From positions 51,584,001-51,648,000 of the forward strand of contig OX597817.1 of assembly GCA_951406725.2 (NCBI GenBank): 64,000 nt of DNA. The letters are read 5' to 3'. Source of the DNA: Octopus vulgaris. Taxonomy: Eukaryota. Positions 1-13,261 of the stretch are shown here, in pieces (within the stretch, counting starts at the first letter, position 1; each line of letters starts with the position of its first letter). Under the pieces are notes generated by a model. That model did no database searches. It was not told the origin of the DNA and worked only from the letters and a program-made list of their open reading frames with translations. The position numbers and the translations under genes are program-made.

Positions 1-476
1 ACCGTTCTGATCATTTTGGCCGCTATGAGCTTTGCAGTAAATCACTAAATCATCCATGACTTTTGTATTATCCTCTCAAATTACACCAAAATCTCAGTCA
101 ATAACAATTAATATTGTATTTATTGTCTGTGAAAATTATAGAATATATAACAACTATGATAAAAACTTATACCTACTTTTCTGACGAAAGCAATGCCGTT
201 CTGAACATTTTGGCCGCAACTGTATATATATATATGCTTATATATCTCTGCTTCCGCTCCTGTGATTGTACTTGTGTATGTGTCCCCCCCCCCAATGGAC
301 AACAATCGGTGTTAGTGTTTTGAGTCCTCGTAACCTCGGGGTTCGGCAAAATCACCGCTATATTAAGTACCAGAATATAAAAAAAAAACAAGTACTGGGA
401 TGAAGTTGTTCTATTTAAACACTCCAAAGCGATGCGCCATCATGGCTTTAGTTCCATAACAAGTAAAAGATAATAG

Positions 477-510
<34 letters not shown>

Positions 511-883
511 CAAAAGAGGGGGTGTATTTCCACGCAGGAAAATATAGAGGCAAATTTGTTGTTGAAAATGCAGCTAAATTTGAAAAACTTATAATTGTTT
601 CAAATAAATTTATTTACATATATAACAAACTAGTTTCAACAATATGTTTTGTTTATCAATGGTAAAAATTTAGAATTATGGTCTACTGGTCCCGTCCCTA
701 GGTTTGCCCCCATGCTCACGATCATATCCGATGCAGCTGTGCATCGTTAACCAGCTAGAGGCAATGTCCTCTTGGGGTTAGAAAATCGCAGCAGAATCCG
801 CTCGAACGGACAACCATCTCTTAGAGAGATTTTAGAACTAGAATGTTGGCTTGTTGCAAAATCAGCGACTGTGTGTTAGCTTG

Positions 884-938
<55 letters not shown>

Positions 939-939
<1 letters not shown>

Positions 940-1150
940 TCAAAATGTGACCGCGTGTGTACTGTTGGCAATTTTTTTCCTCTGTCTTCCCTTCTCTGGA
1001 TCTTTCCTTCTCCTATATTTCCGACGAAGAGATCCGCTCGAAACGTTAAACCCTCCTACTTTCCTTCTTTCCTGAGCGTCCAATAATACTATATTTGTTC
1101 CACGTCCTCGCGTTGTTGTGTTTTTTTGTGCTTTTTTGTTTGGATTAACT
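939..1150 (+). mobile_element. Penelope pLTR-like non-autonomous repeat (family B) with a degenerate hammerhead at 1017-1051, embedded in (TA)n
   Basis: Near-identical to 43758-43975. Reads attt-cCgacga-a-gagAtccgctc-gaa-acgt-t-aaac, a minimal HHR with substitutions. Flanked by TA runs. Confidence 0.7.
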
Positions 1151-1767
1151 ATATATATATTTATACGGCGTGCAGAAGCGAGCTGGTATCTTCTCTAGCA
1201 AACGAGGTGTCCAGTACTGAGGAGTGGCAGAAATAGCCAGAAACCAGGAAGCATCATGCAATAGAACACAAATCTTAACCATGCTATTTCGAATCGAACG
1301 CCTAATATATTTGCATCAATTTACACGTTTACCTAGACATCATTCTTTGTGTGAGCTAACAGTGGAGCTAAAAATCAATCCCGACTGTTATATAATAATG
1401 GCATGCTAGGTATAATATTGTCTGGCAAACTGCACACGAAAACGATCTGATTTGTATGCAGAACGACCACTCCCTAATGTTTTGCGCCATTCGCTCTGTG
1501 TCTCTAATTTCATTTTGCGCTGTTATGTCCTTACAAGTTAAAAACCCGTTAAATTGTTCTGGCAAAGATTTCAAACACACAACAATTATTTCTACATATT
1601 CTTCTGTACAATATCATGTTACACACCTTTATACAAACATACATGCATACATACACACACACATACATATATATGTGTGTGGGCGTCTGTGTGTGTAAGG
1701 ATATATATATATATCTGTGTGTGGCATATATGTATATACATAAAACACTACTATATAACTATATATT

Positions 1768-1801
<34 letters not shown>

Positions 1802-2209
1802 TATGCCCATATTTTAAGTGCTATCACGTACACATTAACATTATAAGCAATGTATATAAAAACTAGACGCAGACATACCCACACGCACACAATGACACAC
1901 ACTCACACAATGACACACACTCACACAATGACACACACTCACACACTCACACACGCAAGCACACACATACACGAACACTCCTGTGCGCGCGGATATGACA
2001 TATGTATGTGTATGTAATATGCGTATGTCACTCTGCGTGAGACTCACAGCTCTTACGTAATAGCAGCTGCATGCGATAAATAATTATATTATCTGAGGAG
2101 TTTTCGCTTTACAAAAATATAAATATATGTGTATTACTGTATGTGTGCATGTGCGTACGTGTGCGTGCGTGTGTATTATTCATGTATTTTTGTGTATATA
2201 TATGCATAA

Positions 2210-2252
<43 letters not shown>

Positions 2253-2467
2253 TCCATAAATATATATATATACATAAATATATATATATATGTATGTGTG
2301 TGAGTGTGTGTGTGCGGACGTATGTATATATATATACATATATCCGTATATTTTCACACTGACGTTCCTATATACATATACACACCAGACGTATGAAAAT
2401 AATTTTCTGGTCGAATTCTAATTAGATATCGATTCTAATGTCTGTTGATATCGACCATCTAGTATCC

Positions 2468-2664
2468 TGGAGGCGCGTGGCTTAGTGGCTAGGGTGTTGA
2501 ACTCATGATCGTAAGGTTGTGGTTTCGATTCCTGGACCGGGCGATGCGTTGTGTTCTTGAGCAAAACACTTCATTTTCACCTTGCTCCAGTCCACTCAGC
2601 TGGCAAAAATGAGTAATCCTGCGACGGACCGGCGTCTCGTCCAGGTGGGGAATTTCTATGCCAC
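2468..2664 (+). mobile_element. tRNA-derived SINE, family 4
   Basis: A box (tggcttagtgg) and B box (ggtttcgattcc). Homologous to 55780-55980 and about 59070-59320. Confidence 0.75.
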
Positions 2665-2697
2665 TAATAGATAGATAGATAGATAGATAGATAGAAA

Positions 2698-3110
2698 GGC
2701 GGCGAGCTGGCAGAAACGTTAGCACGCCGGGCGAAATGCGTAGCCGTATTTCGTCTGCCATTACGTTCTGAGTTCAAATTCCGCCGAGGTCGACTTTGCC
2801 TTTCATCCTTTCGGGGTCGATAAATCAAGTACCAGTTACGCAATTGGGTCAATGTAATCGACTTAATACCTATGTCTGTCCTTGTTTGTCCACTCTATGT
2901 TTAGCCCCTTGGGGGTAATAAAGAAACAGGTATTTTGTCTGCCGCTACGTTCTGAGTTCAAATTCCGCCGAGGTCGACTTTGCCTTTCATCCTTTGGGGG
3001 TCGATAAATTAAGTACCAGTTACGCACTGGTTTGATTTAATCAACTAAATCCCTTTGTCTGTCCTTGTTTGTCCCCTCTATGTATAGCCCCTTGTGGGCA
3101 GTAAAGAAAT
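2698..3110 (+). mobile_element. tRNA-derived SINE, family 1 (dimeric)
   Basis: ggcggcgagctggcagaaacgttagcacg head, B box gagttcaaattcc, core gtcgactttgcctttcatcctttcggggtcgataaa present twice. More than 10 copies in the window. Confidence 0.85.
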
Positions 3111-3111
3111 G

Positions 3112-3174
<63 letters not shown>

Positions 3175-3834
3175 AAGAAAGAAAGAAAGAAAGAAAGAAG
3201 GCAAAAGGAAAGGAGGAAGGCAGGCAACAAGGAAAGAAAGAAAGAAAGAACTGAGAGTATTACTGTCTGGGAGATAGATGTCTTCCGGTAGTGTAATAGT
3301 ATTTAACTGCTATTTCTAAATTTCGGTATGTGGTGAAGCAATTTTTGCTGAACCCTAATTATAATTATGCTTATAATTATAGAACTTTGGTATAAGTTTA
3401 CCGATAATGGTTCTTTTAACATACCGAACTACTTGGTAAAATTATTAATTGATTAATTAATTTTACCCTTTATTATTATTGATTATATATATATATAATA
3501 AATTTTAGATTAACAGAAACTCTAATTATGTAAACATTATCGATATCACATACATAATGTATATGTGCTTTGTTTATTCGCCCATTAGCTGCAGTATAGC
3601 GTCCTCGGAAACATGTTGGTGTCGAGTGTGAAAGAATTCTGATGTCTCAAACCAAGCGAGTTCGAGATATTCAGTGGTTTTTAACAGTCTATGCGTCAAG
3701 AAGGGAGTTTCGCTGGAACGCTGCCCCCGCAGCTAGCGGGTACAAAAACAATACTAATAAAGTTACGTATGTGACATCAAATGATAATTCTTACATAAAT
3801 ATAGATACAAACATACATATATATTTTTTTTTCT

Positions 3835-4031
3835 TTTTTTCTTTAACTTGTTTCAGTCATTTGACTGCGGCCATGCTGGAACACCACCTTTAATCGAGCA
3901 ACTCGACCCCGGGACTTATTCTTTGTAAGCCCAGTACTTATTCTATCGGTCTCTTTTTCCGAACCGCTAAGTGACGAGGACATAAACACACTAGCATCGG
4001 TTGTCAAGCAATGCTAGGGGGACAAACACAG

Positions 4032-4068
<37 letters not shown>

Positions 4069-4152
4069 CGACGGGCTTCTTTCAGTTTCCGTCTACCAAA
4101 TCCACTCACAAGGCTTTGGTCGGCCCGAGGCTATAGTAGAAGACACTTGTCC
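3835..4152 (-). mobile_element. SINE family 2, 5'-truncated, with internal (CA)n(TA)n
   Basis: Matches the full copy at 20287-20732. Confidence 0.8.
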
Positions 4153-4504
4153 AATATAATTATAAACAGGGCAAATTTTAGCCATTTTTCCGCAGACTGA
4201 AAAATTGATGAACAACTTTAATCGATTTTCGAACCTTATTGGGTTCTCATCAGAGGCGCCCACATCATTTTGACGATCTCCAGAGAAACAAGCAGTCAAA
4301 CTATTTACATACTCAACAAATGCAGGTTTTACTTTATAAAGGAGTCCCTAATATGCATACCGAAAGTGTTTAACACTCTATAAATACCAGCGGCCTGTCA
4401 AGGAGGATATTAGTCGACACAGTATCAAGGTATGATGTAATAAATATGTAACATATGATATATATATATATAATCCACAAGTTTTTTTTATTTTATTTTT
4501 ATTT

Positions 4505-4640
4505 TCTCTTATTCCTTTCTGGGGAAGAGCCTAGGATCGAAACATAAAAGACGTTTTCACTTTCCCGAGTGTCAAACTGCTATACCTGCTTGTTGTCCAT
4601 ACACCAGTCTGCGTCTTTTGTTTTTCTATAAATTTCAACT
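4505..4640 (+). mobile_element. Penelope pLTR-like repeat (family C) with a degenerate hammerhead
   Basis: cttt-ctgggga-a-gagcctaggatc-gaa-acat-a-aaag. Homologous to 50220-50360. Confidence 0.55.
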
Positions 4641-4642
4641 TC

Positions 4643-4678
<36 letters not shown>

Positions 4679-5141
4679 AAGCTTTTAAGCAACTGACCCC
4701 GAATGGGAAAATCTGAAAACAGATCTCTGAATTGTTTTGGAGAATCCGTTGCAATTGCTTCCTCCAGTCATATGTCAATGATGATCATATTCGTCGCTAA
4801 AAATCATGTAAAATTAATCGTCGAAGACAATCAAAATAATGAAAGCATGGGAATCCAAAATTTCAGGATTGCAGGTTCGAACTCGGCTCGGAATGTTTTT
4901 AATTCACTCACAGATTTGGCCTTTAAATTATAAAAATTGTTATCGTACAGAAAAAAAAGAATTGGGGATCTAAAACTTCAGGGATTGTGGTGTCCGGATT
5001 CAGCCTGCAATGTTTTTACTTTACTCGCGGAGTTAGCCTGATTCCAATATGGTAAGATATGTTGGGCTACGGCCTCTAGGAGTAAAGTTGAAAAAGTGTG
5101 ACACTCTGACATTCATATTGATTATATTTTATTTATGTTAA

Positions 5142-5463
5142 GGCGGCGAGCGGGCAGAAACGTTAGCACGCCGGGCGAAATGCTTAGCGGTATTTCTTCT
5201 GCCGTTACGTTCTAAGTTCAAATTCCGCCGAGGTCGACTTTGCCTTTCATCCTTTCGGGGTCGATAAATTAAGTACCAGTTACGCACTGGGGTCGATATA
5301 ATCGACTTAATCCGTTTGTCTGTCCTTGTTTGTCCTCTCTGTGTTTAGATCCTTGTGGGCAGTAAAGAAATAGGTATTTCGTTTGCCGTTACGTTCTGAG
5401 TTCAAATTCCGCCGAGGTCGACTTTCCTTTCATCCTTTCGGGATCGATTAAATAAGTACCAGT
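5142..5463 (+). mobile_element. SINE family 1 (dimeric)
   Basis: Same head and core as 2698-3110. Confidence 0.85.
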
Positions 5464-6169
5464 TCTGAACGAATGAAGTTGGGATATTCAGAAGATGAAA
5501 ACATGAAGGAGACATTTCATTGTCAGCTTGTGTAATAATAAATCTGGATGAATAGAATTATGATTGTTACTGTATAAAAAATAATTGTTTGTATATAGAG
5601 AAATTTATCTTCAGATTGTTTGGGTAGAAATAAATTAGACTAGATGAAATGATTTAGTTGTGTTTATTGGAAACAAATGTTTGTGTATACAGGAAATAAA
5701 CAGAACAACTGTGAAACTCAACCATATTAACTAGATAGAAAGAAAGAAAATGAAAGAAAGAAAGGAGGTAAGGAAAGAAAAGGGAAAGGAATAAATAATG
5801 AAAAAGAAAGTGAGATTGAAAGAAAGAGAGAAAGAATGAGAAAGAAAGAAAGAAAGAAAAAAAGAAAGGAAGGGAGAGAGAGAGGGGGACAGAGAGAGAA
5901 AGAAAGACATACTGCTTAAGTAAAAGATAAAGTTTATTCTAAAACACGTTGGGAACTTTATTTTCATTCCTACACCCATTTAAGATAATGAAAAGTAGAT
6001 TGCGATAGGTTTAACTGAAAACAAAGATAAATACCAAAGCATTTCTATGACGGGCCCACTCTATCGAAATTACACAACAAGCTTTACAATTTATGTAATC
6101 AAGAACTCAGCAGATGTAATATGCGTGGAAATTGTTTTAGTCCTACTGCAATATTTATATATTTCCCAA

Positions 6170-6583
6170 GGCGGCGAGCTAGCAGAAACGTTAGCACGCC
6201 GGGCGAAATGCTTAGCGGTATTTCGTATGCCGTTACGTTCTGAGTTCAAACTCCGCCGAGGTCGACTTTGCCTTTCATTCTTTCGGGGTCGATTAAATAA
6301 ATACTAGTTACGCTCTGTGGTCGATGTAATCGATTCAATCCATTTGTCTGTCCTTGTTTGTCCGCTCTGTGTTTAGCCCCTTGTGGGTAGTAAAGAAATG
6401 GGTATTTCGTCTGCCGTTACGTTCTGAGTTCAAATTTCGCCGAGGTCGACTTTGCCTTTCATCCTTTCGGGGTCGATAAATTAAGTACCAGTTACGCACT
6501 GGGTTCGATATAATTGACTTAATCCCTTTGTCTGTCCTTATTTGTCCGTCCTATGTCTAGCCCCTTGTGGGCAATAAAGAAAT
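6170..6583 (+). mobile_element. SINE family 1 (dimeric)
   Basis: Same head, duplicated core and tail. Confidence 0.85.
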
Positions 6584-7429
6584 AATAAAAATAATAAAAT
6601 CATCTAAGCAGGCTGTTCATCAAGAAATTGCAGAACCCTACCATCATTTACTGTCTACAACAAGAAAGTCCATGATTGCTAATAAATCAGGAACATGTAA
6701 AACAAAAACAAAGAAATAATAACTAAACTGGGATTCCGAACCTGTACCGCACTCTCTATGGACAAAATCTCATACAAGAAATGCTGACCTTTCATGAATC
6801 TAGCACCATAAAACTCACCATTACAGCACTTCTCATTTTGATCAACAACGTCATATTATGGCAGAGTTCCTTTGATATGAATAACAAGATATGAACACAG
6901 GAGTCAACACAGAGGAAGAGATCAATATAAATAGCTTTGGCTGAAGCTAATAATGATGACAAAATAAAACTACTTTTTTTATAAATACGCCAAGTAAGCT
7001 CAATACGGATGAGACATTTTTTTATATTTTTATCTTTTAAATTTATGATTAAAGTTCCAGATCTCCTTCGATGTTATTACTTTATCTAAATAATCCGAGA
7101 GTTCTAAGGTCTTTTAAGTCATAATACTTCTCTATTTTGTTACATTTTATGTATTTTTTTTAATATTTTTTATCGATGTTTATATTGTTTTGATGGAATT
7201 CTAATCGATAGATCTAATGTGACAGATTGAGAGATCAATACCGATGAAATCACACATGAAATGATAAAACGACAGCAAGATTCGTTCATGTCAACCGGTA
7301 GACACGACTTTATGTACACACACACACCTACATACATACATACATACATACATACATACATACATACATAATTATACATGCTCACGAATACGCAAACACA
7401 CATATATATGCATATACATATATATGCAG

Positions 7430-7478
<49 letters not shown>

Positions 7479-8099
7479 CACACACGCACACATAAACATA
7501 AATACACACACACATACACACACACATACATATATATATATATACATTCACATACGTATATATACCGCAGATTTCTATGTGTGTATGTGTTTGAGAGAGT
7601 GAGAGAGGGAGAAAGTGAAAGTGGCAGAGGGAGAAAGAAAGAGAGAGACACACACAATGCACGTAATACAAAATGACAGCCAATCAGATTATTGTGGCAT
7701 ATCTAGCGATGTTTTTGTATGTTAAATATCAATGTCCAGACATCGTTGACGAATACGATCAGAAGATAATATAAAATATCTATTCTGCTCTAGATCGGTT
7801 TCTGAAATTTATTCTCAGACACGTTTATATTTGTACCTTTGTCTTATAATAGTTTATATTTGTATATACTCATGTCTGAATATTCTTTTCTACTCTAGGC
7901 ACAAGGCCCGAAATTTTTGTGAGCAGGCTGCCAGTCGAAAAGATCGACCCCAGTATGCAACTGGTGCTTATCAAAGCTTATAAACTGCGGAAAGAGATCC
8001 TGTGAGACCTCTAACAGCAGGCTGCTGTCCGCTCTTACAGAATCTACTTGAGCAAACAAAACCGAACGTTCTGAGAAGTAAAGCAATAATAATAATAAT

Positions 8100-8144
<45 letters not shown>

Positions 8145-8699
8145 CTCCGCCAAGGCAAAACCAACGTCCTCTTATATATATATGGATCAAAACAGTTTGA
8201 TTCAAATTCCTTGGTACTCTTGAGTTTCGAGCGTGATGCTAGTCGTCTAAAATTCAAGAGTACCAACGAATTTGAATAAAATTGTTTTGATCCATACACG
8301 TAACTCTCAATAAATTGGTTGTGTGGCCTTCTTTCATTTGTCCACTCACTCGCGTATATGTATATATATATATATATATGTATTTATATACGTATATACT
8401 TACCTAGTAGAAATAGAAACAGCAAATATATACTATTTCTTCGTAGATTGAAAAAAAATTACAAATAGCCTTTTTCGATTTTCGAAACTTATTGGGATCC
8501 CATTAGAAGTGTCTACAGTACTTGACCAATTCTAGAAAATGTGCAACGGGTTTGTTTATATAATGAACAAATCCAGTGCATACAGGAAACTGCAGCTACT
8601 AATTTGCATGCCATAGGTGTTTAACATTTTATTTCATATCAGCTGCCTGTCAACGGGGATCTCAGTACACACAGTATGAAGGTATGACATGATACTGAA

Positions 8700-8917
8700 G
8701 GCGGCGAGCTGGCAGAAACGTTAGCACGCCGGGCGAAATGCTTAGCGGTATTTCGTCTGATGTTACGTTCAGAGTTCAAATTCCGCCGAGGTCGACTTTG
8801 CCTTTCATCCTTTCGGGGTCGATTAAGTAAGTACCAGTTACGCACTGGGGTCGATATAATCGACTTAATCCTTGTTCGTCCCTCTGTGTTTAGCCCCTTG
8901 TGGGTAGTAAAGAAATA
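8700..8917 (+). mobile_element. SINE family 1 (monomer) with probable target-site duplication
   Basis: aggtatgacatgat occurs on both sides (about 8680 and 8917). Confidence 0.85.
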
Positions 8918-9595
8918 GGTATGACATGATGTATGTAAAGCTATGTAGTATAAATACGACCATGGCAAATTTAGCTATTTATCCGTAGATTCAAAAACTG
9001 ACAGGCTTCAGTTTTCACTCAACTAAATTTAGTCATAACGTATAGAGCGGCCTGGAGCCCTTTATTCAATTTGCCGTGCAATGAGACTGAACTCACAACC
9101 ACGTAGATGCAAATTGTATGCCTTAACCACACAGCTATAGCCGTACCTTACAAACTATTACGTTCTGAAATAAAATGTTGCTTAGTTCGACTGAGCAGTC
9201 ATCGTTGCGAGATCAAAAACAATAATAACGGCAGAGGATTGGTGTTCATAAAATAGATTGTTTGCGTAATATCATGCCGTGACCGTGTAGTCCGAATTGA
9301 CAAATACACACATGCACACACGAAAAGAATCAGGTACGATGCAGTAATTACAATTCTGGCAAGAATTCAGAGAAAGAAACAGCAAAGGCAGAACAAAAGG
9401 AAAAGCAAAACAAATAAAAAAACATACACTGTCGGAGTGTGATCTAAACTGAATGGTTTACGAATGCGACCGCAATATACGCATTTGCACATGCCAACGA
9501 CACATCCATTCACAAAAGTTACGAGTACGTACGTATAGGTCCATAAGTAGAAACACTCGAAGCACACAAAAACATGCTCATATCTAAATAATTTT

Positions 9596-10160
9596 CGCGT
9601 AGCCGTATTTCGTCTGCCGCTACGTTTGGAGTTCAAATTCCGCCGAGGTCGACTTTGCCTTTCATCCTTTCGGGGTCGATAAATTAAGTACCAGTTACGC
9701 ACTGGGGTCGATATAATCGACTTAATCCATTTGTCTGTCCTTGTTTGTCCTCTCTTTGTTTAGCCCCCTGTGGGTAGTAAAGAAATAGGTATTTCGTCTG
9801 CAGTTACGTTCTCTGTTCAAATTCCGCCGAGGTCGACTTTGCCTATCATCCTTTCCGGTCATCAAATTAAGTACCAGGTGCGTACTGGAGTCGATCTGAT
9901 CGACTGGTTCCCACCCCCGCAAAAAAACTTTCGGGCCTTGAGCCTAAAGTAGAAAAGAATATATTCGCATGCTAGGCGGCGAGTAGGCAGAAACGTTAGG
10001 CGTCTTTATGCTCTGAGTTCAAATTCCACCGAGATCGATTTTGCCTTTCATCCTTTCCGGTCGATAAATTAAGTACCAGTTGCGTCCTAGAGTCGATCTA
10101 ATCGACTGGTCCCCTCCCCCCAAAATGTCGGGCCTTGTGCCTAGAGTAGAAAAGAATATA
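9596..10160 (+). mobile_element. Two adjacent SINE family 1 copies
   Basis: Core repeated three times. The alternative tail ...gggccttgtgcctagagtagaaaagaat occurs twice. Confidence 0.8.
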
Positions 10161-10852
10161 TTCGCACGTTAACACTCATACACGCAAGCGTTCTCTCACA
10201 TAGACACGAACGAATCTAATAATACACATGCTTCTACAAATCAAAAATACAAACGTTCACAGACAAGCGTATTCGCACAGACAATCTCAGATATTAATAC
10301 ATACACGCGTACAAGCACACAGGGAAACATCTTAAATAAGGAGACACGCATGCGTTCATGTAAATAGATTTAGTAAAGTTACATGCAAGCACACACGCAG
10401 CTTAAAGTAACAACCTGACCATGCACGCATAATAGGTGGCATCGAAATGTTTTAAACTCGACAACAAATAAAATCCAGGAGATAGTTAAACCTTTTGGAA
10501 TAAACACGTAGATTTACATGCAAAGACGAGAAAAATACAATGAAAAAAATGAACACGAGAAACAAGATGGACGAAATTGTCTGTCATTGAAAATAGTCAC
10601 GTGACTTCAATACATTAGGAAAAATAGAATCTGTTTAAACAGACAATGGCAGAAAGTGCTGAATAGAGGTAGGAGTAAGTGGACTAAAAGAGCAGGGAAT
10701 AGTGAGAGGATGAAAAGAACATGGCGGGGGAGTTTGTGGGAAAGAAATAGGGAAAAGTAGAAAGATGTAAATGTGTACATTAGAGTAGAAAATAAGACGA
10801 GACATTCTAGTTAGATAATGAATGCATACACACATATCATATGTTATAAGTG

Positions 10853-11234
10853 TGGAAGCGCAATGGCCCAGTAGTTAGGGCAGCAGACGCGCGGTCGTAG
10901 GATCGCGGTTTCAATTCTCAGACCGGACGTTGTAAGTGTTTATTGAGTGAAAACACCTAAAGCTCCACGAGGCTCCGACAGGGGGTTGTGGCGAACCATG
11001 CTGTACTCTTTCACCACAATTTCTCTCACTCTTTCTTCCTCTTTCTGTTGTACCTGTATTTCAAAGGGCCAGCCTTGCCACACTTTGTGTCCCACTGAAT
11101 CTCCTCGAGAACTATGTTAAGGGTACACGTGTCAGTGGAGTGCTCAGCCACTTGCATGTCAATATCACGAGCTGGTTGCCCCGTTGATCGGATCAACTGG
11201 AACCCTCGTCGTCGTCGTAACCGACGGAGTGTCA
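10853..11234 (+). mobile_element. tRNA-derived SINE, family 3
   Basis: A box tggcccagtagtt and B box ggtttcaattc. Homologous to 31088, 44240, 52191 and 54264. Confidence 0.8.
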
Positions 11235-11274
11235 GATGTTATACGTATGTGTGTATGCGCATGCGTATACATAT

Positions 11275-11356
<82 letters not shown>

Positions 11357-11360
<4 letters not shown>

Positions 11361-12406
11361 ACTGTTTCATCTTTTGGAACAGATCAGAAGAGGACCTACA
11401 AACATTCCACAACATCCTCAATACGCTGCACCCATCTATCAATTTCACAATAGATACCAGCCACAACGAACTTCCCTTCCTAGACATCAACATCAAAATA
11501 CACAACTCCATCGTCACAACAGACATCCACTACAAAAAAACTGACACACATCAATACTTAAATTTCCACTCCTGCCACCCATCCCACACAAAAAGAAACA
11601 TCCCATATAGTATGGCACGACGAATATGTAGCATAGTAACTGATTCACAAATACGATTAATAAGACTAGATGAACTCAAAAGCTTCCTCCTAGAGCAAAA
11701 ATACCCCCTTAAACTAATAGAAAATGGAATCACAAGAGCATTAAAACTAGACATCACACAACTCAGGACACCCAAAACAAAAAACAAAGAAAACACTATC
11801 CCTTTTATAAACACACACAACCCTGGAGTTACCAACATCTTCCAAACCATACATTCAAACCTACCAATAGCCTTACAGAGCCCCAAAATGAAAAACATAT
11901 TAAACAAATATAGCATAAAAAACAGTAGACGACAGGACAAAAACCTAAAAAAACACCTAACAAGAGCGAAATTCTCTTCAGAAACTAAAACGGAATTCTT
12001 TGCAAAAGAGTGCGGAGATGGTAGATGTGGGACCTGCAGCAACCCCACCTACAAATACATAGAGAGCAACAGAGAGATAAGATTTAAAAATGGTGTCATA
12101 TTCAAAGTAAATGCAGATATGAACTGCAAGACGCAGAACGTCATATACTGCATAACCTGCCCCACATGCAAGGAGAATTACGTAGGAGAAACTGGTAATT
12201 CTTTGTGCCAGCGAGCCAGGATCCACCGACAACATATTCGGCAGGAAGAACTACGCAAAATACCACTAAGCACACACCTAGCTACATGTGGAGAAGGAAA
12301 ATTTAAGATATTTCCCTTCTACAAGTGTCCGAAGAATGACACCCCCTTCAGGAGGAATATGGAAAAACATTTCATAGCTAAGTTCTCCCCCAAATTAAAT
12401 GGCTGA
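11357..12406 (+). mobile_element. Penelope-like element (Neptune-type), 5'-truncated ORF: RT C-terminus/thumb, Cys linker and GIY-YIG endonuclease
   Basis: DDCFIFW, LPFLDI, HYKKTDTHQYLNFHSCHP, linker CGDGRCGTC, NVIYCITCPTCKENYVGETG, terminal PKLNG. Uninterrupted frame of about 350 aa starting at the (TA)n junction. Confidence 0.93.
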
Positions 12407-12937
12407 AACTTTACTCAACATACATTGAAGGAAAAATCTGTGTGTGTGTAGATGTGTGTATTGCCTGTTATATACATCATATTATATTATTATCTTTATA
12501 ATTCACTTCCATCTTTACCCTTTAATTGTCACTTTAATTTTAACTTTCCTATGACATACAACTTTCAAGATGGTATAATTTGGTTGTTCATTTTGAACCG
12601 ATAAAAAGGTTTTTTCAAATATTTTATGTATAAGTCTGTGTGTGTGTATATATGTGTTGGTATAAATATCAACACACAAAAATATTTTTTCTTCTCCACT
12701 TCCTCCCTTATTTTTATTTTTATTTTTATTTTTATTTTTATTTTTTTATTTTTTATTCTTTATATTTTTATTTATTCTTTATATTTTTTTATTTTTTATT
12801 TTTTATTTTTTGTTTTTATTTTATTTTATTTTTTTTAATTTTTTAATTTTTTTATTTTTATTTTTATTATTATTATTTTTATTTTCCCTTTTCTCTTTTT
12901 GTCTCTCTCCCCTTCTCCAAACACACAGACACACACA

Positions 12938-12975
<38 letters not shown>

Positions 12976-13189
12976 AAAAAACACACACAGACACACAGAG
13001 ACACACACACACACACACACACCTCCAGAGAATGATCATAGAAAGTGTGACCCCAAATGACATTTGCCAGGCCAACCTATGCACAACACACACTCAGTGA
13101 CATTGAAATGGACAGCCAAAGTTCTTATAAAACCACAGGGGGTCCAGCAGACCAACGGAAATAACACTTCTTCACTCTCAGATATAAAT

Positions 13190-13261
<72 letters not shown>

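Noticed and set aside
178-210. CTGACGA as a hammerhead core (similar at about 32125, 44873 and 63914)
   Set aside because: No stem II followed by GAAA, and no closing stem I.
2664-2852. Recurrent peptide RNWYLIYRPRKDERQSRPRRNLNSER in many ORFs
   Set aside because: Antisense translation of the family 1 SINE core, not a protein family.
4848-5040. Degenerate tandem repeat of about 116 bp
   Set aside because: Two weakly similar units only, with no termini or family assignment.
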